Shown in pieces: positions 48,634 through 62,300 of a stretch of 64,000 bases of DNA; the first letter of the stretch is position 1, and each line of letters begins with the position of its first letter. The DNA is from Trichoplax adhaerens (Eukaryota; Animalia; Placozoa). Made by a program: the position numbers and the translations under genes. The notes beneath the pieces were generated by a model. It had not been told where the DNA came from. It was given only the letters and a program-made list of their open reading frames with translations, and did not search any database. The DNA lies in the NCBI RefSeq assembly GCF_000150275.1, contig NW_002060946.1:1111562-1175561 (forward strand). Reading direction: 5' to 3'.

Positions 48634-51600
48634 TCACACGTTATACACATAGTAAGCTACATTATTTTCCGCAGTTGAGGCTTTTCTGGTCTCTTCTGAG
48701 TTATTTTCTGTTATTGATATTTTCGAAGTATCTTTTACGCCATTCTCCTCTGTTAAAGCTATCTGCGTCTCTTCTACCGTATTCTCCCCTGATGATGTTA
48801 CTTCCACATCATTCTCAGCTATTGAAACATTCCTAGCCTCTTCTATGTTGTTCTCTGTTAATGAGATATCGGAAGTCTCTTCTGCGATGGTTTCAGGTGT
48901 TATTGCTTTTCTTATCCCATCTACATTACTTCCTACGCTATTATCCTCTTCTTTAGCTGCATCATCAATAAAGGTAACCACTGATTTTCTTTTGGTCGAT
49001 TTTTTAGGTTTATCATGATTTACTAACTTTCGCATAGAACTTCTTGCTGGAATTGGTGGAGATGATGGTGCAGAGCCATTTGGAGTATGGATACCAGCAT
49101 CGGAGATACGTCCTGCTGGAGCTCCACGAATTGGAGCTGTACTTGCTTTACGAAATGTATACTGTGATATACTTCTCATGCAATGCTCCTTGGTGTTTAA
49201 TTCAGGCTTGAAAAGAATAGTATAGACTTTGGGTAAGAAGAGGAATACCAAAACGCATAAAGCAAAGCAGGCTATACCCAATGAGGAGAATACTGCTCGT
49301 AAAACGCCATCAGTACCATAATAACCAGGAATAGTCAATATACATATCATCCACATACAGATAGAACAGAAGCAAATGTATTTAGCTTCATTGAAATTAT
49401 TTGGTAGATTCCTTGTTCTCCATGCTAGAAATGAACAAATTGTGCCTAACAAGCAAAAATAGACTGCAGAAAAGGTAATGCCTAAATGTGTGTCACTTTC
49501 ACAACGTGAGAACGCTTCTTTACCCTTGCAAATTTTATCTCGAAGCCTTGGTATATCAAGGATACTACCAACAATAACAATAATGACTGAAACTGATGTA
49601 ATTCCAAAGATGAATAATAATTGCATATAACTTTCACGATTTTTCGATTTACCAAAAGGTGTACGACTCCTTAAGCGGACTTGAAATATTTTAGACACCG
49701 AATTGGTTTTAGTCAACAGAATTGCCATACAAAAGGTAATTGATGTCGCAAAAATCACAAATTGAACCTCACAGACCACATCGTTAGGATCATAGACAAA
49801 TGCTGGAGCAACTGCTAATATATAGTAGACACTGATTATATGGAGAGTGGATAATAATCGATTTGAAGCTTTGACAATCGGTGTATCGCGATATCTCAAG
49901 AAAATGCAAGCGACAAAGGTGGTCAAAAGGGCGATTAAAAATACGCCAACAAGAATGGCGATACTAACTGGATGATCCCACGATACTCGAGTTATGGGTA
50001 TAGCCACACAATAAGATCGATTTGCTACTGGTTGTTCGCAAAGTCCGCAAGCTTGGCAATAGACAGTGGTGCCATTCGATACTTCTCCATCGCCGCATTT
50101 TGCACATTGCCAACAGCAAGACTGACTATCCGGTCTAACTCGGCGATAGCCTAATTGACATTCAAAGCTACATCGAGATGAAGGAATATTTGTTGCTGTA
50201 CCGTTTTGAAAGCGCACAGCTTGGTAATGGAGGTTTAATTTGTTATTGTACCAATCTCCAACCGAAGCAAAGTAGCCGCAATTGGGGTTATTTTCATCAA
50301 ATTGAAGATTAATGATAGAATAGTTCCTAGTGATCTCGCCATTATCGTTAAACGATAACATATTTCCTTGAGAATTTTTAATCTTGATATGACGTAAAGT
50401 ATTGAGATACGCTTTACGATTCAAATGAATTAAAGGTAGACAATAACTTGAGGTACAATTTAATGATTGATGTAAAGCTTCAGCGATAGCATTGACTCCA
50501 TCAATAATGAAATCAACTTTATTTCCTTCCGAGTTAACAAAGTAGACTGATTTGCCACAATTTTGAGGCCGATTGTCGTAATTACTTCGTACTAACGTGC
50601 ATGTTTGCTGTGCGAAGCGACAACCAAGTTTTTCTTCTACCAATTGTGTTAAGGATGGATGATCACCTTGAGCTAAATGATTTTGAAAATAGCGATAAAA
50701 TTCATCGGATGGCTGACTGCGAGGGACTACACCAAGTAACCCTCCTACAATATCTCGTGATAACTTTAATAATTCTGCGCTATCACTCCAACTTTCTGTA
50801 CCAATCCATATTTTACCAGTTAGACCTTGATTATTTGCTTCTTTTAATACAGATAGAGCTTCTTTTTCTTGAGCAATTAAAATGATTGCCGAGACATTGG
50901 ATAGATCGGCAAGTTGGCTAATGATAGATTGTATACGCTGTGTATTATTGGTCTGAGGAAAGTACAAGTCTTTAGCAACACAAATACTCTTCAGGCGTAA
51001 TCGTCTTTGTATTAAATCCATAAATAAACGACTATAGATATCATCGACTGTAACTGTTGCAATATAGGTCCAACCGAATCCGTAAATTAAATCGGCAATC
51101 GCTCTAGCTTGTTGATGATCTGATGGTAAAGTACGAAATAAATTATCATACTGTATTCTGTCGATAAAGATGCCCGAAGTAGCACCGTAAGTAACGGCTG
51201 GAATACTGAAGACACCTAAGAATAAAAATTCGATATTTCGTTAAGAAAAGATCAGAGTAAAATTCTTATATCTTTCAGTTTTTAGTGAATAGCCTCTCTC
51301 TATGCAATATTAATGTATCATCAGATCTCGTTTTTAATTAATTTCCGACCACAAAATACTAATGTGTTTTAGCCGTTTGCTACCCGTGATTGTAACAAGA
51401 ATATTTAAGGTATAACGTATCTACATTCGAATACGTAATTTAAAGAATTAAGGAATCGTAGTAGGAAACGAAAATTTAATAACTATAATTAGTTAAAGGG
51501 AGTTTACTGTTTGAAATTTACGCATACTATTTCAAAGAATTTTTATGATAGCGAATATTTCTATACTGTACTAATATCTGTCGTAAATTGGTGATAAGAC

Positions 51601-53298
51601 TTGGAATTAAATATCTTTAACAAATATTTACTAGTGCAAAATTACGTGTCGTAAAAGTTATGCAGAAATCTAATACTCCTCATCTTTCTATCGCTATGAA
51701 ACCAATCCTTTCACCACAAAACTCAGAGAAGGATTTTAATATAACAGAGAGCGATTGTTGAAAATTACACTAACTACAGTATAGCTTGATTATATCGATA
51801 AATTAGAGATATAATAGCTACAATTTATCTAAAGAGGTTTCAATGTGTTCTTTGTATTAGGAGCTTAAGCTAATAACAAAATTTTTCCAATTAGCTTTTA
51901 ATCGACAATTTGTAGAAGATATTCATTTTTATTTGCATCCTTGCTGAATTGTACTTAAACGATTTATGCTCCGATTTTAACGTTCATAATGCCAAATTAT
52001 GTAGTATAACGGAAATAACCAACAAATTTAACTCATTTTCCAACGAAAAAATTAAAACGATCGATGTTTTACTTAACGCGTTATTTTATGTTTACAGGTG
52101 GTAATCTTTAATAAATAGCCATTTAATTAATAAGCTGGAGTTAATTAGATACTTTCTGTACATACGCTACGCGACACAAATAGTCTAAAGTTACATGATG
52201 CAGGTTGTTAAATCACTTACAGGTCATCTCTGTTACCTAATAATGTGGCTATGTAATAATGCAGAAAATTTCGCAGTGTTTGTATAGTACACATACTTCA
52301 AAATTTTCTAGACATTGTCAATCTAAATTGATCTACTGCCTTAAGAAGGTGTAAAAATTTCTTAACTGTGTAACGCTTAATAGCGATGATATCGATTTCT
52401 TTCATGCCAATATTTTGAGGACTTTGTTGAACAAAATCAAATAAGAGCGATGTTTCTGTGACAGAGTACTAAACTTAACGTAAGAGTGTAGTCTGTCTCA
52501 CTTATAAAATCATTCTATTGGATTAATTTTTAAAATGGTCACGTTTTAAATCATCTGATATAGAGTCAAGATTACGAATTGTTTATTAAGACAGATTGTA
52601 GATTGGACTGCATGTAAACGGCTAAACCGCAGGAGTCACGCACGATCAACAGATAATAAGATCATAATATCATATAGGAATTTTATAACACACTACTATC
52701 GGATGTTATGATGATCAAGCAATGGCTAATTGCTTTATTAAATCATTTTTTACTTACCTAGGACGTTAGTGGATGGTAAAGTTGTTGAGCTAGATGATGG
52801 GCCTACAACTGCAGCAACGCCTAAGGTGTTGTTCTGGTCCAGTCGAATACTACTCATATTACAGCCATATTTATTCAGCAAGTTGTAACCGATACTACCA
52901 GTGACTAGATCTTGTGTATATGGAACAAAGTTTAGAATATCTTTCAAGGTATGTCTTACATTGGAGCAAGTATCACGAATATGATAACCTAATGTAATGT
53001 TGGGCAATAACTGAGTAGCATTATTGACTTTTTCAATAGCATAGATCATGGCAAGAGCTTGCTCAATCCCTCTAATACTGGTTATTTGACATGATTGTTT
53101 GCTTTGATCGTAATCTAAATGAGCTGGAAATAAGCCTCCTAAAAAAATTTGGCCTTGATAAACCTCGTAAACGCCACCGGAAGATGTTAAACTACTGGAA
53201 ATTTGTCCATAACCTCCGTGTCCATAGCATAAGATAATAACCATCCAAGTTGTTATAAATTTGGTTGAAAAAAACAGACCATAACTGTTAGTCAGCAT
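48634..53298 (-). CDS. Class C GPCR (mGluR/CaSR-like), copy A, ~1040 aa
   Basis: Two exons, 53298-52758 and 51215-48634, joined by a phase-1 intron (NVLG|VFSIPAVTYGATS). Signal peptide, Venus flytrap (LGGLFPAH, LLPNITLGYHIRDTC, FRTLPSD), Cys-rich domain (CCWQC), 7TM (TPIVKAS, LPNNFNEAK, FLPKVY). Confidence 0.95.
48650..48900 (-). repeat. Coding minisatellite, ~39-nt unit, encoding EETxxISxxENNx repeats in the GPCR A tail
   Basis: EETSDISLTENNI, EEARNVSIAENDV, EVTSSGENTV (short), EETQIALTEENGV, KDTSKISITENNS, EETRKASTAENNV. Confidence 0.85.
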
Positions 53299-54483
53299 GA
53301 TCGACGAACGGGGGAATTTTTAAGGATGCTTCCCTGATTATTGCTTTGCGAAAATGCTATATTTCCTATGAGGAAAACTATTTAACTAATTGAATATTAA
53401 TTAGTTTTACGATGCTCGTTAAGTTGCTCTTATCAAAACAGCCTATCATACGATGCCTATAACTAACTAGTGATTAGTATAGCGGAAGTTTTGGCTTGCT
53501 TAATTATCGATAACGATAGACAAATAGATTATTCCTTGACGATAGATAGAATAGATTTATTATTGTATTACAGAAACAATGCTTATAAGTAATAAATTAA
53601 GAGCTGATTTGATAAAAATTGTCCACATACACGTAGAACTTCAAAGAATTCGATTGGCGTTGATCATAATTATAGTAAACAATCGAATGACTTCATGGGT
53701 TCCCCATCAATGGTTAAGGTGGGGCTGAGTAATTGTAATTTAAATGTGGTATGTCGCTATTTATGGCCAAGGACTAATTCCGTTCTGTCAAGAGCAAAAC
53801 GACTAATAAATACGAATCCTTTGAATCATTGTTCTTCTCTATCATTGACGTGGATAGGTAATTGCCATATGTCATTCATACAGGTAGTAAGGTTGTCTAT
53901 ACTACCTATTAGTAGTTTTGACGTCGTTGAACTGATCTGTGGGTATATTAGTAGATGCAGGAGTAGCGGTAGCAATACTATGCCAATGATTCTGCTATAT
54001 TCGACGTAAAATTCAAGGGTGGTCCATTGACTCAAACTAGAGCCTGCCAATTCTAATATATTGACCTTAAGATAAGACTAAAATCAAGTTGGAATGAAAA
54101 CAGGGGTCAATACTTATCCAAATTTTAATACGTGAATTTAACACTGGCTATATTCAGCTTCAATCAACAGTAGCTGGTACATTTTGCAGGAGTAGTGGGA
54201 AAGAAAAATGAGTTTTACCACGTGATAGTGTTACTTTTGAGGCAGGTACCAGGCTGTTCCTTATTATTTCTATCCAACTTAGACAAACAAATTGCTGTTG
54301 ATGAATAATTATAATTACTCTCTATACTCTCAACCCATGCGCAATCAATTTGATCCATACTAATTTTTATTTGTGCTTTACTTTCATCATACACACTAGT
54401 AGTATATTTCACAAATGATACAGACTATTGTACATATTGGTAAACTATTCCACAAATGATGCTTGTATATTCATTACGGTAGC

Positions 54484-55250
54484 GTCTAGACTCCTAAATA
54501 CGCTTATATTTATTATTATACCTGAAAAGGTTTTCTAAAGCATACGCTGCGCGTATGTAACGATACTGTATGTCAGACAGAAATGAAGCTATTTGAAATG
54601 CAGCAGCTTTAGCCTATTGATATATTCAATTTATTCATTATTAATTAGCACTAATTTTACTCTACTATGCGTTTCAAAAATTCTTTTACATAGGTTATTC
54701 TATATACTGTTAGATTATCGTATATGCTAATATAACGCTTGGTTTATGTCAGTGCAGTACTGTCTCGATTCCTAAATACCTTTATAATTATTATTATACT
54801 TAAAAAGATTTCTAATTATAAGCTATATGTATACGACGATATGTCAAATAGGAATCAAACTAAGCGAAATGTATCGGTTTGCCCTAATGATATTTTCAAT
54901 TATCCATTAATTTACACAAATTTTACTCTACAATACTTTTTAAAAATTCTCTTACATGGATTATTGCGCATACTAGTATACTATTTCGCGCATGATACTT
55001 CCTTTACATATCTATACAGTACTATCTAGATCCCCAAATACCCTTATAATTATAAATTATACCGTACTTGAAAGAGTTTTTCAAACTCAAGCTACGCGTG
55101 TGCGGTGATATATCGGATGGAAATGAAACTATGCAGAATATATCAGTTTTATCCTAACGATGTTATCAACTTATCCATTAGCTTATACTTACTTTACTCA
55201 CTATGCCTTTTAAAATTCTCTTTCATGGATTATTATACATACTAGAGTAT
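54484..55250. repeat. Degenerate ~270-bp tandem repeat, 3 units
   Basis: Units start at ~54484, ~54762 and ~55024 (tct(a/c)ga..cc.aaatac..ttata...tttactc...aaaattct.tt.cat.g.ttatt...atact). Confidence 0.85.
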
Positions 55251-56375
55251 CCTCCACTCTTTGTACTTCGCGTACCATACTTGTATTTTTTGATGTACTG
55301 GATAATTTATCTGGCTTAAGTCATAATTGGAAGGATGTAGTAGAATATTCTACACATCATACTTCGCGTATATTGGTGTAGAAAAGTAATGGATTTAGCC
55401 TAATAATATTAGTAACTCGCCAGAATTAGGATTACTGTAATCGAAATTCATATTAAGGCCATAAACTATATCTGACTTACTATATAGATCGTTAATAAAG
55501 CTCGTGGCAGACTACAATAGATGATTTAGCCTTTTGAAGCGTACTTACTACGAATTCATGCACTAAAAATGTAATAATTATAAATGATGAAGCGACATAA
55601 TCTCAGATGTGGTATAACTAGACTAATCTATCGACCATAATGAAGAAAAAGCACGAAATTAAGTAATATAAAAAATTTTAATTGAGAATATTTGCGCTAG
55701 CCCACTATTCTAGTAAATTTATATCTACGGAATTAAGTAACTACACTGAATGATATTTTATTGGTTTTAATGCACATAGCAATATTGAAAATATTGAGCA
55801 AATATTCACTCTATTAATTTGAGCACATTTATATTAACGGCGTAAAATCATTCAAGTGAACCAAGTGAAAGCAAATTGGCCTAAAAGTTGCACAATAATT
55901 GTACAATAGCGAGTTTTGTTATTTCACAAGAACATCATCGTTATGTACACAGGCTCAAACTTTCTACTATTGTTACGAGAAGGGGTATGTTTTAGTCTAT
56001 AGTCATAATGTAACCTTTAGCTAGATTACAGTTAGCTATGAAGCTATTGCAGCCCTTAATTTTATTTGCTTTAAGCTATTAGGCGAATTTTTCATCCATA
56101 GGAATGATAAATAGAACTGTTTTGCTATCATTGTTGCTAACATTATTAAATATTACAGTAGCCAGGCTTCAGTCGACGTTGTCTGACGAAAGTTTCTAAC
56201 CTCTTGTTATCAAGGTAACACAATTTTTAATATGTAAATAGCAATTAGAAATAGTTATATTGGTCTGTTACATAAAATATTTAATGGAGAATACACGCCA
56301 AGCGTTATGCTATTATCTCTATAATTTATACATAGAAATTTTTTCATTGGTAAATTATTTCTAAATTTTGTAATA

Positions 56376-59300
56376 CTAATTATTATTGCTCTTAGTGTTT
56401 TTACCACTAGTATTACTGCCATTATCGTTATTACTATCACTGTCATTATCACAGTTAGGATTATTACCATTAGAATATTCACCTTGATTAATAGAGCCAG
56501 TTTTATTGATGGTATTATTACTAGAATTATTACCATGATTAATAGATCCAGTTTTATTGATGGTTATATTACCAGTATTGTTACCTTGATTAATAGAATT
56601 ATTACTAGAATTACTGCCACCACGATTAATAGATCCAGTTTCATTAATAGCATTATTACCACCATTATTGTCTTGATTAATGGAGCCAGTTTCATTGGCA
56701 ATATTAGTACTAGTGTTGCTACCATGATTTATAGATCCAGATTTATCGATAGCATCATTACTAGGATTATTACCTTGATTAATAGAACCAGCTTTATTGA
56801 TAATATTAGTACTAGTATTATTACCATGATGATTGATTGAGCCAGTTTTGTTGCTGCAATTAATAGAACCATTTGTATAGACGGTACTATGGCCAGCATT
56901 ATTAATCGTTTTCTTATTATGGCTGCTATTGCTTCTACTTATGATTGTAGATTCAAGACCATTATGAGTGCTGTTACCAAAAGGAGAATTACTAAAGGAA
57001 AATGTTTGGATGCTTTGCAAGCAACGGCGTTTGGTGTTTAAATGAGGCGTTATTGTCATTGTATAAACTTTAGGCAAGAATAGAAAGACTAAAACTGCTA
57101 ATGAATAACATTGTAATGAAATCGACGCGATAATAGTGCGCAAAATTCCATAAGTTCTTATATATGTTGGAAGTGCTAAAGCGAGGATAATCAATACCGT
57201 TATTGAACAAAAACAAATGTGTTTAGCTTCATTAAAATTACCGGGTAAATTTCTAGTTTTCCATGCAAATGCATTGCACAATAAGCATAAAAAGATAAAG
57301 TAACCAGCTGGTAAAGCTAGATTAATTGCATTGCTAGAGTCGCATATCACATAAACGCTATTAGTTACTCGATAATCACGTATAGGTCCGATAGGAGTAA
57401 TAATATTGACAACAATAATCATAATAACACCGACTAGGGTTAACAATGTAATAAAGGCTACTTGTCTAACAACTCTCTTTGCTCTGGCTATAGGTGTTGT
57501 TGTATCTAGCAAATAGGCGAAATTGAGGTGAAAGATAGATGCAATATGATGTGTACGAGTTATTAAGACAGCAATGCATAAAATTAACGAGATCGGGAGT
57601 AATGATAGACTTAGCGTGCATATCATCGTCGTTGGTTTAGCTAATAATAATATGGAGATACCAAGCATGAAATAAATACTAGTCAGATGAAAAAAGGACA
57701 AAAAAGAATTTGATGCTTTAACGATAGGTGTATGCTGATATTTAATATAGATTCCGACGACCAGGGAATTTATTACTGCAACCAAAAGAGATGTTATCGT
57801 TAAAGCGATACTAGCTGGATGAGACATCGAAATAGTAATAATTGTAAGGTTAATACAGAATGTGTGATCCGGAGCCGCTTTTTGGCCAAGTTCACATTCA
57901 TTGCAAGTTGATGATTGACCATCCGATATTAATCCAGGTCCACATTCTAGACAGATCCAACAACAGCTATTTTTATCTGGTTTAATTTTTTTATAACCTG
58001 GAAGACAACTAATACTACATCGAGATGTAGGGATTGATAGAGATGTTCCGTTAACCCATCGCAATAAGTTATTATGAATCACTAATGTGCCATTAAACCA
58101 ATTACCAACATTTTTATAATGACCACATGAACCATTTGTAGATGAAAAGTGGACATTATCAATGATATAAACTCTGTTTATTTCTCTTTGAGCATTAAAT
58201 TTTAGGGTGTGATTATGATAGCCACGAATGTCCAGATTACTTAATATCGATAATAACACCTTTCTATCGATAACATCTGCCTTTTGACAGCTTTGGCTTG
58301 TGCAGTTTAATAATTTATGCAATGCTGTTGCTAAAATATAGACAGAATCAATAATAAATGCCACTTTATTTCCTTTATCGCTTGCATATTGCTTGATGTT
58401 GTTGCATTGAGTGGGATTATCAGGTGTATTACTAATTTCAATGTTAGATGCAGCTGATGAAGGTACTGTTAGAAATGGTGTTGATGATAGTGATGACGAT
58501 GATGGTTCACGCGATAGGTAGCAATCTTGGTATCCGTGGCTGCAATTTAATAATTCATCAATCATAGTAGTAATCTGATCCTTATCAATAGCCTGGAGAA
58601 TATTCTGGAACGACGGTGGTAGCTGGCCGGCAAGTTGTGATGATTCTGGAGCAATCCCTAATACACCACCAATCACTTCTGGCTGGAGGCCCAGAACGAC
58701 AGGACTAGTACCCCATGCATCGGTGCCAATCCATGTTTTATAGTAAAGTTTTTGCCTCTGAGCTTCGTGTAACACACTAAATGCTGCTGATTCTGACGCA
58801 ATTAAGATTATAACAGAAACATTATCTAATTCTAACATTTTTTGTACAACAAGACTGATTTTAGCTGGACTAGGAGTTGCTGGTATCGTCTCTTCTAATG
58901 CAATACAAATAGAATTTGCATCAAATCGTCGTTTCATCAAATCAATTGCTAATCGTCCATAAAAGTCGTCTACTGAAATAGTAGCGACATAAGTCCAGTT
59001 AAAATAGCTTAAGATATCAGCAATAACGGTAGCTTGTTGATAGTCTGATGGAAGGGTACGAAATAAGTTTGGATATTCTTCCTTATTCACTAGTAAGCGA
59101 GACGTTGCTGCATAACTTATTTCCGCCACGTCAAAGATATCTAATCATAATGGATACAATAAGACATATGATATTGATGGAAGTAGAAGCAATTCGTTCA
59201 GAAATTAGCTCATTGTTATTAGTTAAATTATTAAATAATTAAACACTAGAATGATAGTTACACATTGGCTAAAATGAAACAAAACGCTGTCTTAATGTAC

Positions 59301-62300
59301 TGTATGTTATCAATAGAATCCGTTAAATACTTTAATAATACCATACTGCTGGTAATATACTCGTAAATAATAAGGCTAACATGTAGGAATATTTTACTCT
59401 TACTGTAGGAATCAATCGAATTTATAATAAAATTTTCTACGTACGAATATGTTTCTATCTGTAGCTTTTGAATTAAGTTTAAGTTTAATAAGTGTAATAA
59501 TGCGTTAATAATGTTGGTGTAAGGTATACATACATACATTCAGTTGTATCATACATTTTTTAATATGTAATTCTATATGTAATTCTGAAAAGCTAATGAT
59601 GATAAATGTAAGTATAAATGTAAAGTTACTTTTCCATAAAACGCTTGATCTGAAGGATTAACGATTGAAACTCAATACTTTATGGTTTGATAATGATAAG
59701 ATCAAATCTAAATTGTCTTTTTTGATCTGAAAGGAATAATGAGATAATCGTGCTCAATTCTCTTAGAAACAGCACTATAACTTTATTCTTATTACTCTCT
59801 TTCATACCTCAGCAATCATTTAATAGCATGTATGTATTATAGGCGACTGGTAAATTCTTTAAAGGGCCAAGAAAATAATCAATAGATGCAAAAAAATGCA
59901 CTGACATTTCACTTTTCAATGTAGGTGATATATTATATTGTTTGCAACAACAAATATTTTGAAACCTGTGTTACAAATAATTTGAGCAATCTTCAATTCT
60001 AACATGATCGATCTTGATTTATAAAAGTATTCATTTTCAAAGTTTATTCTTAAGCTGAATATCTTAATAATTGTGAGTCTAATAGAGTATTGCAATTGAC
60101 ATTTACAATCATCTCTATAATCAATTTGTTTATTTTAAAAGTCTGTTCTTAAGCTGAATATCCCAATAATCATAAATCGAGTAGAATGTTAAAAATGAAT
60201 ATGGCATTTCAAGTTGACACTCCAATCGTTTTCATAAGTAATTTGCTTATTTTTAAACTCTGCTCTTAAGCTAAATATCCCAGTAATCATAAGTCAAATA
60301 GAGTGATAAAAATGAGTAGGTACTTTCAAATAGATATTTATAATCATTTCTTATTGAAGGTAATAGTCAAACTTTTCGTGTTAATATAAAATTTTTATGT
60401 CATTCTCTATTTCAAATAAAGTAATGAGTATAAATTGATTACAAGATTCCATCACTGAATTTTTGGATTTACTGTGCGAGAATGATCAAGGAGAACTGAA
60501 CTCAATAAATTGATTTCAAGTTAAGCTTTGAGATTTTAATTATTAAATTGATAAAACAATAGGACATGAAAATCCATTATTCAACGTGATGCATTCAGTA
60601 TTATTTTTCAAACAGGATATAAAAAATTTAATTATTAGTAGAAAAAAGGAGAGAAGAAATGCGAAGGAATTTCCGGCATAGCTAGTAAAATGGAATTAGC
60701 TAGGTATTTATCAAAGCATGCTGAGATATTTTGGTTTGGTCTTTTCATTGAAAATGAGGCAAGCAAGCAGCGCAATGTATTATTATGGGGCCTTGTTCAT
60801 TAACATTTACGAGCCGCCATGACCATGAATATAGGTTACCTTAGAATCAATCCATATCAGTATTTCGGAAATAAATAGGCGTTCTACTCGAAATTGGTGA
60901 TACTTCATAGTTTTATTCAGCCATTTTTACAGTTTGTATTTAAATTAAATTAATTTTTAACTGCATACGTCATCAAGAATCGATATGGCTTTGTTGTTTA
61001 TTTCGACTGCGAATGTTATAAATCGTTAGAATCTGCTTAAAAATGATAATTTATGGTGCAAGATTTATACTTTAGAAAAAAACTTGGAATTTCATATCTC
61101 GTTAGTATCAATATCAAATTTATAGTTGCTAAGACTTGTTTAAGCGTCTAAGATACTAGAGTTATTGGACGATATTCATAATATTATTAGCCAAAAATAG
61201 CAAAGTAAAGGTCAAAGGTTGAAATTTATAGCTTGAATAGCATGACATAAAGATTACCTGTACTTTATAGGAAATTTATATCGATATTTGGCCTATAGAA
61301 TACTGTACAAAAATGTCAATACCTACATGAGAGGCTGTTATTCAGTTTATGCGCAAGCTAATAAAATAGTCAATGAGTATAATGAAGATGGAATTAAACG
61401 GGTTATTACTTTCTTTAGTAATTCCATCTTAAGATGTTATATCATATTTTTGGTGTAAATATTATTATAGACTACAAATAAATTGATAGGGAACCGTCTT
61501 GTAGGCTGTTACAGGTTAAATGGAAAATCATATGGACTATTTACAAAATGAAATGCTTAGTTTTCGGTCTAAATATCGCGTTACTAGCAATCGATGCTTT
61601 ATATAACTACCGATATGTAATATGAAAATTTTTGGTCTAAATCGGCAGGCATTGATATACTTAATCGGAATACAGGTATAGGATCGCACATTTGGTCTTG
61701 ATGGCACAATACGTAATTACTTACATTACTTTATGCTATAACCATTTTAGCCTGAATAGAATAAAATTCAGAGATTGCTTTCGCTGATCGGTTTCGCTTA
61801 AATTGAGATGTTTTACTGTATCTGTTGTATTAATCCACCTCACACGCTTGGTATGTGATAACAATAATAGATTAAATTATACTTTACAATTTCTTAAATA
61901 CCTTTTTGACTAAAATTATTATGGCATACCGTATGTACGAGTATTAAGGGATGATTATCAATTATAACTTCTGGCCTCATGTATCGTGTACTGCCTCGAA
62001 AACCTAAATAGTGACGTACAACGCTACGGTAAATTGTTAACTTTGTAATTATAGAATAAACACGAAATCGATTTATACGTTACAATTGAAAGCATACCTT
62101 GGAATTGAGCAAATATTGAATTGATATTGCTACAATACGATATTATATTAAAAATTTTTTCCCTTTCCGTTGTAGATACGACTAATTGAATACCATAAGA
62201 AGTGCAGAAGTTAAAACGACCACTAAGATACAGTAACCAAGTTGCTAATGACAATATTTAATTATGGTCCTAAATTTACTGTTGGCATTTATGTTCACGA

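Noticed and set aside
49972-50885. + strand ORFs within GPCR A
   Set aside because: Antisense shadows of the long coding exon.
56484-56840. 118-aa + strand ORF (MINRASFIDG repeats) and the overlapping 56255-56536 ORF
   Set aside because: Antisense and alternate-frame shadows of the 51-nt coding minisatellite in GPCR B.
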